Source: an uncultured Actinomycetes bacterium
GTDB taxonomy: Bacteria; Actinomycetota; Actinomycetes; S36-B12; UBA10799
Length of the DNA: 64,000 nt
Assembly (NCBI GenBank): GCA_964474045.1
Contig: CAYYRC010000009.1
Span: forward strand, 1,256 to 65,255
Reading direction: 5' to 3'
How positions within the stretch are numbered: the first letter of the stretch is position 1; the number at the start of each line of letters is the position of its first letter. Under the pieces are notes generated by a model. The model had not been told where the DNA came from. It ran no database searches and was given only the letters and a program-made list of their open reading frames with translations. Both the position numbers and the translations under genes were made by a program. Positions 16,658 through 26,425 of this stretch are shown one piece after another.

Positions 16658-18085
16658 ATGAGCACCTTTCATGCAGTTCGCGACGATGCCCTGGGCAGCC
16701 ACGACCTCGTCGGACTGCTGGCGGCACTGCGATCAGGCGCGGTCTCCCCCGCCGAAGTCCGGTCCGCTGTCGTCGAGCGGGCGCGGGACGCGCAGGTGGA
16801 GCTCAACGCCGTCGCCGCGTGGGGCGACCAGCCCGACGGCGGCGGGCCCGCCCCGGACCCCGAGGGCCCGCTGGCCGGTGTGCCGACATTCGCCAAGGAC
16901 AACGAGGACGTGGAGGGCCTGCGCACCTCGTTCGGCTCCCGGGCCACCGCGGATCGCCCCGCCCTGAGGTCGTCGGACTTCTCCCGCACCCTTGCGGGCC
17001 TGGGTTCACAGATTCTGGGCAAGACCACGATGCCGGAGTTCGGCCTCACTGCCACCACTGAGCCGCTGGCGTTCGGCCCGACCCGAAACCCCTGGCGCCT
17101 CGACAGCACGGTCGGCGGATCGTCGGGCGGCTCGGCGGCGCTGGTGGCGGCCGGGGTGGTGCCCTACGCCGGCGCCAACGACGGCGGCGGCTCGATCCGC
17201 ATTCCCGCGGCCTGCTGCGGGCTGGTCGGCCTCAAGCCCACCCGCGGTCGCCTGGTCTCGCCGGAGGCCTCGCGCGGGCTGCCGGTGCCGCTGTCGACCG
17301 AGGGCGTCGTGACGCGGACGGTGCGCGACAGTGCCCTGTTCTACTCGCTCGCCGAACGGATGGTCCGCCACGACGGGCTGGTCGCCACCGTGGACACCTC
17401 GCTGCCGCCCATCGGGCACGTGGAGGGTCCGCTGCCAGAGCGCCTGCGCATCGGGTACTTCGACGCGAGCCTGACCGGGCCCGCCGAGCCGGAGGTAGCC
17501 GACGGGGTGCGGCGCACGGCGCTGGCCCTGGCCGACGCCGGCCACCACGTCGAGATCATCGACTTCCCCTTCGACCAGCAGTTCGGCAGGGACTTCCTGC
17601 GCTACTGGGCGCTGCTCGCCTTCGCGATCCGCCGCGGCGGCGCCAGGCTGCACGGCGATGGGTTCGACGCCCGGGCGTTGGAGCCGTTCACCAACGGTTT
17701 GGCGGATTTCTTCACCCGCGTGGCGCCCATGACGCCCGCGAGCATCTGGCGGCTGCGCCAGTTCGGTGCCGGGTACAGCGAGGCGTTCGAGCACTTCGAC
17801 GTCCTGCTCAGCCCTACGACGGCGTCGACCGCGCCGCGGATCGGCCAGTTGGCCGGGGACTTCCGCGACCACATCGTGCGGCTGCTCCGCTTCGCGTCCT
17901 ACACCGCGATCCAGAACGTGGCCGGCGCCCCGGCGATATCGATGCCGGTGGGCCTGGACGCCGACGGGCTTCCCATCGGCGTGCAGCTGGCGGGGCTGCC
18001 CGGCGCGGAGCGCATGCTGCTCGGCCTGGCCTATGAGGTCGCCGCGGCGACGCCGACACCGAGCTCCCCGGCCGACCTGCTCTGA
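16658..18085 (+). CDS. amidase (amidase-signature family)
   Basis: 475 aa from MSTFHAVRD. It has the GGSSGGSAALVAAG signature and GSIRIPAACCG. TATGCT lies 8 nt upstream of the ATG, which suggests a leaderless or short-leader mRNA. Confidence 0.85.
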   Translation: MSTFHAVRDDALGSHDLVGLLAALRSGAVSPAEVRSAVVERARDAQVELNAVAAWGDQPDGGGPAPDPEGPLAGVPTFAKDNEDVEGLRTSFGSRATADRPALRSSDFSRTLAGLGSQILGKTTMPEFGLTATTEPLAFGPTRNPWRLDSTVGGSSGGSAALVAAGVVPYAGANDGGGSIRIPAACCGLVGLKPTRGRLVSPEASRGLPVPLSTEGVVTRTVRDSALFYSLAERMVRHDGLVATVDTSLPPIGHVEGPLPERLRIGYFDASLTGPAEPEVADGVRRTALALADAGHHVEIIDFPFDQQFGRDFLRYWALLAFAIRRGGARLHGDGFDARALEPFTNGLADFFTRVAPMTPASIWRLRQFGAGYSEAFEHFDVLLSPTTASTAPRIGQLAGDFRDHIVRLLRFASYTAIQNVAGAPAISMPVGLDADGLPIGVQLAGLPGAERMLLGLAYEVAAATPTPSSPADLL

Positions 18086-18160
18086 GCCGCGCTGGAACGC
18101 CTCCACAACGCGGCCGAACCGGTAGTTTGGGCCGGAAAGCCAGCAACAGCAAGGGGTGAG

Positions 18161-20302
18161 GTGCCCGTGTCGGATCGAGCTCGCCGGGCCGCGTCGTGGA
18201 CGCTCCTCGTCGTCGCCACGATCGTGCTCGCCGTGGGTGCCCTGGCCTGGTCGCTGAACGATGCGGTCGGTGACAGCGACCGCTTCGCCGCCCGCGTGAA
18301 CGCCGTCCGGCACGATCCGGCCGTGGCGGCGCAGGCGGGCCAGGCGGCCGCCACCGAGCTCGTGGCCCTCAAGCCCGACCTCATCGCGGTGAAGCCGCTG
18401 CTCGAAGGTGTCAGCACTTGGGTGGTCGGCAGCTCGGCGCTGGACGGCGCGTTCCAGGCGGCCATCCGCACTGCGCACCGCTCGGTCACCTCGTCCGAGG
18501 GCAACACCCTGGCGCTGCGACTCGTCGACCTGGGGGCGGCCGTCACCGGGGCACTGTCCGCGATGAGCCCGGAGGTCGCGCAGAAGATCCCTCCCGACCT
18601 GTCGATCACACTGTCCGAGATCGGTTCCGGCGACATGCTGGCGCCAATCGTCAAGGCGATCGACACCGTCGCCGTCCTGGCCTGGACCGTGCCGCTCGCG
18701 GCCGTCGTGCTGCTGGTGGCGGCCGTCTTCGTCAGCCCCATCCGCCGCCGCGGGGTCCTCCGCGCCGGCGGTGCCGCCCTCATCGCGTCCGGTGTGGTCG
18801 GCCTCGTGATTGTGGCCATCGCCGCTGCTGCTTACGTGCAGCCCACGAGCAGCCTCACGGGGGCCTTCGCCCACGCGGCCTGGCGCGAGTTCCGCGGTGC
18901 CCTGCTCGTGCCCTTCCTGGTGCTGGGCGTCGGCGGCCTGGTCCTGGTGGCGGCGGCCGGGGCACTGCTGCCGCGTTTCCACGTCCGCGCGCTCCTGCAG
19001 CGCACGTGGCAGGCGGCCACGCGCACCGAGGCGCGGCCCGGAATGGGCGTCCTGCGGGCCCTCGCCCTCGTCTCGGTGGGCATCGCCGCCATCGTCTGGC
19101 CCGCCATCGCGGCGCAGGTTGTGCTCGTGGTGGCCGGGGTGCTGCTGGTCCTGGTGGGGATGGCCGAGATCTCGCGCATCTCCGATGCCCGCATGGCGGC
19201 CGAGGCGGAGCTGGGCGAGCGCATCGACGCCGTACCGGTCAGATGGCTCGTCCCCGCCGGTGTGGGACTCGCCATAGCCGTGCTGCTTGGCGGCGGCATC
19301 GCGCTCATCGCCCGCCCGGCGCCCGACACCACCGCGGTGGCCGCCGCCGCCGCGGTGAACGATCCCGAGGGTCCGTGCAACGGCCACCGCGAGTTGTGCG
19401 ATCGCCGATTCGACGAGGTCGCCTTCCCCGCAGCGCACAACGCCATGTCGGCTGCCGACCTGCCCGGCTGGTATCTGCCTGAGCAGCCGACCAGCCTGGT
19501 CGGCGCCCTGCAGGCGGGGGTGCGGGTGCTGCTGTTCGACACCTGGTACGGCCAGCCGGCCGCCAAGGGCGTCATCACCGTCCCGGGTGACCGCGACGCA
19601 GCCGAGGCCGAGGCCAGGGCCAAGTTCGGCGACGCCACGGTGGACTCGGCCCTGCGCGTCGTCGGCTCCCTCCAGTCCACCCCGACCGGACCCACCCGGC
19701 CCTACATGTGCCACACGCTGTGCGAGCTCGGCGCCACCGAGCTCGCCCCGGCCATGGCGGCCGTCCGGGCCTGGATGGACGCCCACCCACGCGAGGTGGT
19801 GACGTTCTTCATCCAGGACGTCGTGACACCAGCCGACACCGCCGCGATCCTCTCGCGGACCGGCCTGGCCGACATGGCCTACACCCCGCAGCCGGGGCAG
19901 CCCTTCCCGACGCTGGGACAGATGGCGGACTCCGGCAAGCGCCTGCTGGTGCTCATGGAGAACCGCGGCGGCGGCACGGAGTTCCCCTATCTGCTGCAGG
20001 GCTTCGACTGGGTGCAGGAGACCCCGTACACGTTCAAGTCCGCCGCCGACTTCAGCTGCGCGGCCAACCGGGGCAAGCCCGATGCCCCGCTCTTCGAGGT
20101 CAACCACTGGCTCGCCGGGTTCGGCTCGCTGGTGTCAGACGCGGCTGCCGTGAACGCCGCCGACGTCCTGGGCCCCCGGGTCCAGCAGTGCCAGGCGGAG
20201 CGCGGCCAGATCCCCAACTTCGTGGCGGTCAACTACTACAACCTGGGCGATGTGTTTGGCGTCGTCGACCGCCTCAACGGGCTGGGCGGCGGGTCGCAGT
20301 GA
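18161..20302 (+). CDS. polytopic membrane protein with C-terminal PLC-like phosphodiesterase (PI-PLC X-domain-like) region
   Basis: The N-terminal ~400 aa contain several TM segments. The C-terminal part has CDRRFDEVAFPAAHNAMS...VRVLLFDTWY, which resembles the PLC-like TIM-barrel HN(S/A) motif. The start is GTG 18161 or GTG 18167 (GAGG 5 nt upstream). Confidence 0.5.
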   Translation: MPVSDRARRAASWTLLVVATIVLAVGALAWSLNDAVGDSDRFAARVNAVRHDPAVAAQAGQAAATELVALKPDLIAVKPLLEGVSTWVVGSSALDGAFQAAIRTAHRSVTSSEGNTLALRLVDLGAAVTGALSAMSPEVAQKIPPDLSITLSEIGSGDMLAPIVKAIDTVAVLAWTVPLAAVVLLVAAVFVSPIRRRGVLRAGGAALIASGVVGLVIVAIAAAAYVQPTSSLTGAFAHAAWREFRGALLVPFLVLGVGGLVLVAAAGALLPRFHVRALLQRTWQAATRTEARPGMGVLRALALVSVGIAAIVWPAIAAQVVLVVAGVLLVLVGMAEISRISDARMAAEAELGERIDAVPVRWLVPAGVGLAIAVLLGGGIALIARPAPDTTAVAAAAAVNDPEGPCNGHRELCDRRFDEVAFPAAHNAMSAADLPGWYLPEQPTSLVGALQAGVRVLLFDTWYGQPAAKGVITVPGDRDAAEAEARAKFGDATVDSALRVVGSLQSTPTGPTRPYMCHTLCELGATELAPAMAAVRAWMDAHPREVVTFFIQDVVTPADTAAILSRTGLADMAYTPQPGQPFPTLGQMADSGKRLLVLMENRGGGTEFPYLLQGFDWVQETPYTFKSAADFSCAANRGKPDAPLFEVNHWLAGFGSLVSDAAAVNAADVLGPRVQQCQAERGQIPNFVAVNYYNLGDVFGVVDRLNGLGGGSQ

Positions 20303-21627
20303 TGGCCTGGCTGCTGCTCGTGCTGGCACTGCTGCTGGTGGCCGCGTGCGCACTCTTCGTGGCCGCGGAGTTCTCGTTCGTCACCGTCGACCGCGCCAGC
20401 GTCGACCGGCTCGCCGACGACGGCGACACGCGCGCGAAGGGTCTGCAGGAGGGGTTGGCGTCCCTCTCGACGCAACTCTCCGGCGCGCAGCTCGGGATCA
20501 CCGTGACGAGCCTGGTGATCGGCTTCATCGCCGAGCCCTCCATCGCCACATTGCTGCGCCCGCCCCTGAGCTCGTTCGGCTGGTCGGAGTCCACAGTCTC
20601 GGCCGTCGCGGTCGCTCTCGCCCTCATCATCGCCACCGGGGTGTCGATGGTGCTGGGCGAGCTGGTGCCGAAGAACTGGGCCATCTCCGAGCCGATGCGC
20701 GTCGGACGGGCGGTCCAGGGGGCCATGCGCGGCTTCACGCGTGCCGCCCGGCCGATCATCAACCTGCTCAACGGCAGCGCCAACGCGGTTCTGGGGTGGT
20801 TCGGCATCGAGGCCAAGGAAGAGCTCGCCTCGGCCCGCTCCCCGGAGGAGCTCGCCTCGCTGGTGGAGCGCTCCGCGGAACAGGGCACGCTCGACGAGCA
20901 GACCGCCGACCTGGTCACCCGCTCCATCGTCTTCAGCCGGCTGACCGCGGAGGACGTCATGACCGCCCGGCCGCGGCTGGTCTTCGCCCATGCCGACCAG
21001 AGCGCCGCCGAACTGCTGCGGCTGTCGCGGTCCAGCGGCCACGCCCGATTCCCCGTCGCCGGCGAGGGCATGGACGACGTCATCGGAATGGTGCACTTCA
21101 AGGACGCCCTGCGGATCCCGCGACCGGAGCGCGCGAGCACGAGCGTGGCCACGATCATGCATCCGGTCCTGGCCGTGCCCGAGGCCCTCGAGCTCGACGC
21201 CCTCATGGACGCCCTGCGCGCTGACCCGCTCGCCGCGGCGCTCGTGGTGGACGAGTACGGCGGGACCGCCGGCGTCGTCACCCTGGAGAACCTGGTCGAG
21301 GAGATCATCGGCGAGATCCACGACGAGCAGGACCTGCCCCGCGACGAGGTCCTGCAGCGCGCAGACGGCTCCTGGCTGCTCGCCGGTCGGCTACGACCGG
21401 ACGAGGTCTCGGCGGCCCTGGCGGTCGACCTGCCCGAGGGTCTGGCCACCGAGACCCTGGCCGGGCTGTTGATAGAGCGGCTGGGCCGCATGCCGCAGGT
21501 GGGCGACTCGGTGACGGTTGCGACCGAGCACGGGAGCCGCGCGGTGCGCCTGACGGTCACCCGGCTCGACGGCCGGCGCGTGGATCGGATCGTGGCGGTC
21601 GTCGCCGATGCCGGGAGTCCGACGTGA
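20302..21627 (+). CDS. CNNM/HlyC/CorC-family transporter (DUF21 + CBS pair + CorC_HlyC)
   Basis: 441 aa from MAWLLLVLALLLV, with AAEFSFVTVDR (DUF21), a CBS pair and a C-terminal transporter-associated domain. Its ATG overlaps the upstream stop (TGATG). Confidence 0.85.
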   Translation: MAWLLLVLALLLVAACALFVAAEFSFVTVDRASVDRLADDGDTRAKGLQEGLASLSTQLSGAQLGITVTSLVIGFIAEPSIATLLRPPLSSFGWSESTVSAVAVALALIIATGVSMVLGELVPKNWAISEPMRVGRAVQGAMRGFTRAARPIINLLNGSANAVLGWFGIEAKEELASARSPEELASLVERSAEQGTLDEQTADLVTRSIVFSRLTAEDVMTARPRLVFAHADQSAAELLRLSRSSGHARFPVAGEGMDDVIGMVHFKDALRIPRPERASTSVATIMHPVLAVPEALELDALMDALRADPLAAALVVDEYGGTAGVVTLENLVEEIIGEIHDEQDLPRDEVLQRADGSWLLAGRLRPDEVSAALAVDLPEGLATETLAGLLIERLGRMPQVGDSVTVATEHGSRAVRLTVTRLDGRRVDRIVAVVADAGSPT

Positions 21628-22667
21628 GCGACTACACCGGGATCCTGCTGGCCGTCGTTCTGCTGTTGGCCAATGGGTTCTTCGTCGGGGCGGAGTTCGC
21701 GATCATCTCCGCGCGACGGACCCAGATCGAGCCGCGCGCGCAACGCGGGTCGGCCACAGCGCGGGTGACGCTGCGCGCCATGGAACAGGTCTCGCTCATG
21801 CTGGCCGGCGCCCAGTTGGGCATCACCGTGTGCTCGCTGGGCCTCGGTGCCGTGGGCGAGCCGGCCGTGGCGCATGTGCTGGAGGGCCCGTTCGAGGCGC
21901 TGGGGGTTCCGGCCTCGCTGCGCCATGCAGTGTCGTTCGCCCTCGCGCTGTCCATCGTCGTGTTCCTGCACATGCTGGTGGGCGAGATGATCCCGAAGAA
22001 CGCGTCGCTTTCGCAGCCCGAGCGAGCGGCGTTGCTGCTCGGCCCCCTGCTCTACTGGTTCGTCTGGCCGCTGCGGCCCCTCATCTGGATGCTCAACAGC
22101 GCCTCCAACGGGATCCTGCACCTGCTTCGTGTTCCGATCAAGGGCGAGGTGGCCTCGGCGTTCACCCGGGAGGAGGTCGCCGACCTCATCGCCGAGTCGG
22201 GTCGCGAGGGGCTGCTGCGCCCAGCCCAGCACGAGCGGGTTCAAGGTGCCCTGGAATTCACCGCCCAGACCGTCGGCGACGTCGCCCAGCCGACCTCGGA
22301 CTTCGTGACGATCAACCCGGAAACCACGATCGGGGAACTCGAGGAACTGGCCGCCGAATCCGGCTTCTCACGCTTCCCGATGCAGTCGACCACTGGGGAG
22401 TTCGTCGGCTTCTGCCACGTCAAGGACCTTGTGGACTCCCCCGCCGACCGTCTGCACGAGCGCATCCCGAAGGCCGCTGTTCGGACGATGTCGACCATCT
22501 CCAGCGACGCCAACCTGCGCGACGCGGCCGTGGCCATGGCTGCCCACGGAAGCGGCTCTCACATCGCGGTGGTCACCACGGAGGGGCGCCCTGACGCCCT
22601 GGTCACGCTCGACGACGTGGTGGGCGAGCTCATCGGCGAGTTCCGGCAGCGGGCTCCGCGCGATTGA
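21624..22667 (+). CDS. CNNM/CorC-family transporter paralog (DUF21 + CBS pair)
   Basis: GAEFAIISARR (DUF21) plus a CBS pair; no CorC_HlyC tail. GTG overlaps the upstream stop (GTGA). Confidence 0.85.
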   Translation: MSDYTGILLAVVLLLANGFFVGAEFAIISARRTQIEPRAQRGSATARVTLRAMEQVSLMLAGAQLGITVCSLGLGAVGEPAVAHVLEGPFEALGVPASLRHAVSFALALSIVVFLHMLVGEMIPKNASLSQPERAALLLGPLLYWFVWPLRPLIWMLNSASNGILHLLRVPIKGEVASAFTREEVADLIAESGREGLLRPAQHERVQGALEFTAQTVGDVAQPTSDFVTINPETTIGELEELAAESGFSRFPMQSTTGEFVGFCHVKDLVDSPADRLHERIPKAAVRTMSTISSDANLRDAAVAMAAHGSGSHIAVVTTEGRPDALVTLDDVVGELIGEFRQRAPRD

Positions 22668-22677
22668 GCGGCCGCGC

Positions 22678-22695
22678 GGCCGCCGACGGGCGGCC
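22678..22695. terminator. GC hairpin between convergent genes
   Basis: GGCCGCC-GACG-GGCGGCC lies directly between the stop codons at 22667 and 22696. It is preceded by tandem GCGGCCGC sites. There is no T run. Confidence 0.3.
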
Positions 22696-23082
22696 TCAGC
22701 CAGCGGCAGGGGCTTCGTCGGCCTCGGCAGCGGGGGCGGGCGCCGCTTCCGCCGCGGCGGCCGGAGCGGGGGCAGCGGCCGGAGCCGCAGCGGCGGACTT
22801 GGCCGCGCGCCGCTTGCGCGTCACCACGTAGGCTCCCACTCCGATCGCCGTGATGACGAGGACGGCGGCGACGCCTGCACCTACCTTGGCCACCTTGGTG
22901 CCTTCCTCGACCCCGCGCTGGGCGATGTCCAGGCCGCGGTCCGCCTGGTCGAGCAGCCGCTCCGAGCTGCCCAGCGCCCGATCGGCCAACCCCATCGCCA
23001 CCTCGCCGGACGCGACCCCCTGGCGCAACTCGGCGACGCCCTCATGCGCCGACGCGAATACGGACTCCACCGAGCTGCTCAT
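22696..23082 (-). CDS. hypothetical single-TM protein with Ala/Pro-rich C-terminal tail
   Basis: 128 aa from MSSSVESV (ATG 23082, GGAGG 4 nt upstream). It has a helical N-terminal part, the TM segment AGVAAVLVITAIGVGAYVV, and then an (A/P)n tail. I recognised no family. Confidence 0.5.
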   Translation of the reverse strand: MSSSVESVFASAHEGVAELRQGVASGEVAMGLADRALGSSERLLDQADRGLDIAQRGVEEGTKVAKVGAGVAAVLVITAIGVGAYVVTRKRRAAKSAAAAPAAAPAPAAAAEAAPAPAAEADEAPAAG

Positions 23083-23167
23083 CGATCCTCCAGGTTGGTT
23101 GCCGAGCACTGACACGCACTCCTGTCACTATCTCAACACAATCCGCGCGGCGTCCGCGCGTCGTCGG

Positions 23168-24526
23168 TCACCGCCGCGGCGGCGGGAAGGTCGGATCGGA
23201 CGGGGGCGCAGCCGGCTCGGGCGGGGGTGGGTCAAGCGGCGGCTGCCACCCGGCAGGAGGAGGCACCTGTCCCGGGGCCTGCTGGTGTGATGGCGGCGGG
23301 TACGGCCCCGGCTGTGGAACCGTTGCCGGACCCGGCTGCGGGGGGCGCCATGGCTGCGGTTGCGGCTGCGGCTGCGGCCAGGGCTGCCGAAAGTGGGGCT
23401 GCTGCGGCGGCCCGCTCGGGGGCGGCAGCGCGCTCAGCGGGTTCGCCAGCACATCGGGTCCGGCCGATGGAGCCGGAGCAGCCTGGTCCGCGGGCGCGTC
23501 TGCCTGGAAGGCGGGTGGGGGGTCTTGGTCAGAGTCGACGGCATCGGTCGCGGCGGCCTCGTGCACGTGCCAACGACCCTGCGCGTCAGGCGCGGCGACG
23601 AGCGCCGCATCCGAGTCGCTCTCGGGCGGCGCAGCCGGATCTTGCAGGAACTGCCGATCGACGACCTGGGTCGCCGGAGGCGACTGCGGATCGGCCTCGT
23701 CCGCCGACGGCAACTCAGGCTTGACCGCCCAGGCTCGGATGCGCACGTAGTCAGCCCACCACTGCCCCTCTGGATCCAACAGCGAAGGCGCCAGCAGCTC
23801 CGCCGTGCGGGCGAACACGCGGTCGCGCGTCTCGACGCCGATACCCAAGACGTTCATCAGGCCACCCCGGAACGTCCGCAGCCAGGACTCCAAGCCGGCC
23901 AGCAGCGGGGTCGGGCGCGGCACGATCTCGCACGTCACATTCTGGAAGCCCGCCGCCAGCAGGATCGCCGAGTACTGACGCGCCGTCGGGTAGAACTGAT
24001 CCTGCGGCAGAGTCGTGTAACCCGCCTCCCCGAGCGCCACCCGCAGCGCCACCCGGATGGCCGCGATGTTGCCGAAACCGCCGAACTCCAGCGCGATGCG
24101 CCCTCCCGGCCGCAGTGCCCGGAACATCGCGCGCGCCGCCCCCTGGCCGTCGAGAACCCAATGCAGGACGGCGTTGCTGAAGATCGCATCGAACTCGTCG
24201 GCGAACTGCATGCTCAGGACGTCGCCGTGCCACACCTCGAGGTTGCGCGAGCGCGCATGGGCGACGAGGGCCTCAGAAGCGTCGAGGCCAACGACCTGTG
24301 CCCCAGCCTCCTGCAGCTGCACGGTCAGCGAGCCGTCCCCGCAGCCAACATCCAGGATCCGCTCGCCCGGCTGCACGCCCAGCGACTGCAGGATGAAGGC
24401 GCCGTGCGCCGGCACGAAGGCACCGACCGACGCGTAGTCGGCCGGGTCCCACTGGCTGCTGGGGTTCACGCCGTCGTCGCCCACCGGGGCGACAGCGGGA
24501 GGGGCAGCGGCGGCCTCGAAGGACAT
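23168..24526 (-). CDS. class I SAM-dependent methyltransferase with ~180-aa Pro-rich C-terminal extension
   Basis: Motif I is ILDVGCGDGSL, and FSNAVLHWV is also present. The tail contains PQPQPQPQPWRPPQPGP. The start was chosen at MSFEAAA (24526); ATGs at 24592 and 24568 are also possible. Confidence 0.7.
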   Translation of the reverse strand: MSFEAAAAPPAVAPVGDDGVNPSSQWDPADYASVGAFVPAHGAFILQSLGVQPGERILDVGCGDGSLTVQLQEAGAQVVGLDASEALVAHARSRNLEVWHGDVLSMQFADEFDAIFSNAVLHWVLDGQGAARAMFRALRPGGRIALEFGGFGNIAAIRVALRVALGEAGYTTLPQDQFYPTARQYSAILLAAGFQNVTCEIVPRPTPLLAGLESWLRTFRGGLMNVLGIGVETRDRVFARTAELLAPSLLDPEGQWWADYVRIRAWAVKPELPSADEADPQSPPATQVVDRQFLQDPAAPPESDSDAALVAAPDAQGRWHVHEAAATDAVDSDQDPPPAFQADAPADQAAPAPSAGPDVLANPLSALPPPSGPPQQPHFRQPWPQPQPQPQPWRPPQPGPATVPQPGPYPPPSHQQAPGQVPPPAGWQPPLDPPPPEPAAPPSDPTFPPPRR

Positions 24527-24623
24527 GCCCTCATCGTTGCGCGTCCGGTGGCCGGCGCGCGACCCCATTGCACCTACTGAGCGCGATTGCACCTGCCGCG
24601 CGCGGTGGATTGCGGCGCCCGGC

Positions 24624-24899
24624 CTAGGTCGAGCTCTTCTTACCGGTCAGGTTCAGGTAGATCATCACCACGATGACGGCCACGATGACCTCGATCGCGA
24701 GCTTGATCCAGTCGATCCCGCGAGTGTCGCCGACACCCAGCCACGTGGCGATCACGCCGCCCACGAGGGCACCGACGGCGCCGATGACGATCGTCATGAA
24801 GACGCTGACGTTCTGCTTGCCCGGCATCACCAGCCGTGCCAGCGGCCCGATGATGCACCCGGCCAGCAACGCGCCCAGAATTGTCCACACCCACTGCAT
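24624..24899 (-). CDS. GlsB/YeaQ/YmgE-family stress-response membrane protein
   Basis: 91 aa with three Gly-rich TM segments (WTILGALLAGCIIGPLA, IVIGAVGALVGGVIATWLG). The second ATG is preferred because GGAGG lies 5 nt upstream. Confidence 0.8.
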   Translation of the reverse strand: MQWVWTILGALLAGCIIGPLARLVMPGKQNVSVFMTIVIGAVGALVGGVIATWLGVGDTRGIDWIKLAIEVIVAVIVVMIYLNLTGKKSST

Positions 24900-24984
24900 A
24901 GCTACCTCCATCGCCCATTCGGAATGGGCGAACTCTGGCAGATCGATCCGACCGTTCGCACTGGTTTTCGAGCAAACCCTTTCG

Positions 24985-25686
24985 TCAAGCCGTGTAGTCG
25001 GTCCAGGCCCTGCCGTCCCAGTAGCGCTGGCGCGCTGCGCCGCCGGCGGGGTCCGGGTACCACCCCGCCGGCGGCGCGCGCTCCGGCACCGGGGTGGCGC
25101 TCGCCACCGGAGCCGGTCGGCGCCGCCGCACCATCGCCGCGATGAGCAGGCCCAGGCCCACCAGCGCCACCAGCAGGCCCAGGGCCACGAGCACCAGCCA
25201 CGGCACGGCGCTCGTCAGGACGGCGGCCAGGCTCGGGCCGATCACGACCTCGGTGGCCTCGGATCCTTGAATCCGCACGGTGTAGCGGCCCGCCTCCTCG
25301 ATGGTGAACCGGGCGACTGACTCGAACACCAGCGCTCCACGGGAGAGCGTCTCCGTGGGACCCGCGCCACGCACCGTGACGGCCCCCGATGGACCTGAGA
25401 TCGAGATGGACGCCGGAGCCAACTGCACTGCAGTGCCGTCCGCCCTCTGATACACCGAGTATTCGCCGGCGTCGAAGTCGAACGTCGCCTCGCTCGGGGC
25501 GGCGATCGCGTCGGCCCCGAGCAGCCCGATGATCGACGCCCCCGCACTCAGCCCGCCCAGGACCGCCGCGAGGAGCACAAGCAGGCCCCCCGCCAGGGTG
25601 GCGACCGCGGCAACGAGCAGCCCGCGACCCCGCCCCGCGGCTTCACCCGGTTTCGCCGACGCAGGCGTCGCAGCAGTCTGGGCCAC
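24985..25686 (-). CDS. DUF2510-domain membrane protein
   Basis: The C-terminus GWYPDPAGGAARQRYWDGRAWTDY is the DUF2510 signature. There are two TM segments. GTG 25686 is preceded by GGGAGG (7-nt spacer). The upstream 247 codons of the track ORF overlap the divergent gene. Confidence 0.7.
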   Translation of the reverse strand: MAQTAATPASAKPGEAAGRGRGLLVAAVATLAGGLLVLLAAVLGGLSAGASIIGLLGADAIAAPSEATFDFDAGEYSVYQRADGTAVQLAPASISISGPSGAVTVRGAGPTETLSRGALVFESVARFTIEEAGRYTVRIQGSEATEVVIGPSLAAVLTSAVPWLVLVALGLLVALVGLGLLIAAMVRRRRPAPVASATPVPERAPPAGWYPDPAGGAARQRYWDGRAWTDYTA

Positions 25687-25773
25687 CCGCCATACCTCCC
25701 GCCGCCGGCGCCATCGCCGGACCGACCGCCCGACCGGCGCATCCCGGTGCGCTGAGCATAGCCTGGGCGGACT

Positions 25774-26418
25774 ATGGAGATCTTCGACGAAATCGCCGCC
25801 GAGCGGCGCGTGACTGCCGAGTTCCTGGCGGGCCTGGACGCCGACCAGCTGGCGACGCCCAGCCTCTGCGAGGGCTGGACCGTGCACGACGTCGGCGCCC
25901 ACCTGCTGATGCCGCTGGTCACCCCGATGCCCAAGGTGGTCCTCGCCATGGTCACCCATGGCCTCAACTGGGACGGCGCCAACCGATCCCTCACCAAGGG
26001 CGTCGCCGCGCGCAGCACCGCGGACATCGTCGCCGGCCTGCGGCAGCACGCCGACAGCCACTTCACGCCGCCGGGGGCGGGACCAGAGGCACCCCTGACC
26101 GATCTGCTCATCCACGGCGGCGACATGCGTGTTCCGCTGGGGCTGACGCGCGACATCCCCGAGCAGCGTCTGCGCATCGCGCTGGACTACGTCGCCTCTG
26201 GCAAGGCGCGCGGGGTGGTCCCGGCGGATCGGGTGTCGGGCCTGCGCCTCGAGGCCGACGATGTCGCGTGGGCCGGCGGCGATCCCGATGGGAGCGTCGT
26301 GTCCGGACCGGGCGAATCCCTGCTGCTGGCCGTCGCCGGGCGCCCCGCGGCGCTGGCCGAGCTGGCCGGCCCCGGTCTCGCCGAGCTCGCCGCACGCATC
26401 TCCCCTGAGCGGGGCTGA
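25774..26418 (+). CDS. maleylpyruvate isomerase-family mycothiol-dependent (DinB-like) enzyme
   Basis: The N-terminal pattern AAERRVTAEFLAGLDADQLATPSLCEGWTVHDVGAHL is typical of this actinobacterial family. Confidence 0.8.
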   Translation: MEIFDEIAAERRVTAEFLAGLDADQLATPSLCEGWTVHDVGAHLLMPLVTPMPKVVLAMVTHGLNWDGANRSLTKGVAARSTADIVAGLRQHADSHFTPPGAGPEAPLTDLLIHGGDMRVPLGLTRDIPEQRLRIALDYVASGKARGVVPADRVSGLRLEADDVAWAGGDPDGSVVSGPGESLLLAVAGRPAALAELAGPGLAELAARISPERG

Positions 26419-26425
26419 CCCCGTC

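Noticed and set aside
17006-20107. 1033-aa minus-strand ORF
   Set aside because: It lies antisense to the amidase and the PLC-like membrane protein. The translation is low-complexity and Arg/Gly/Asp-rich, which is a GC-content artefact.
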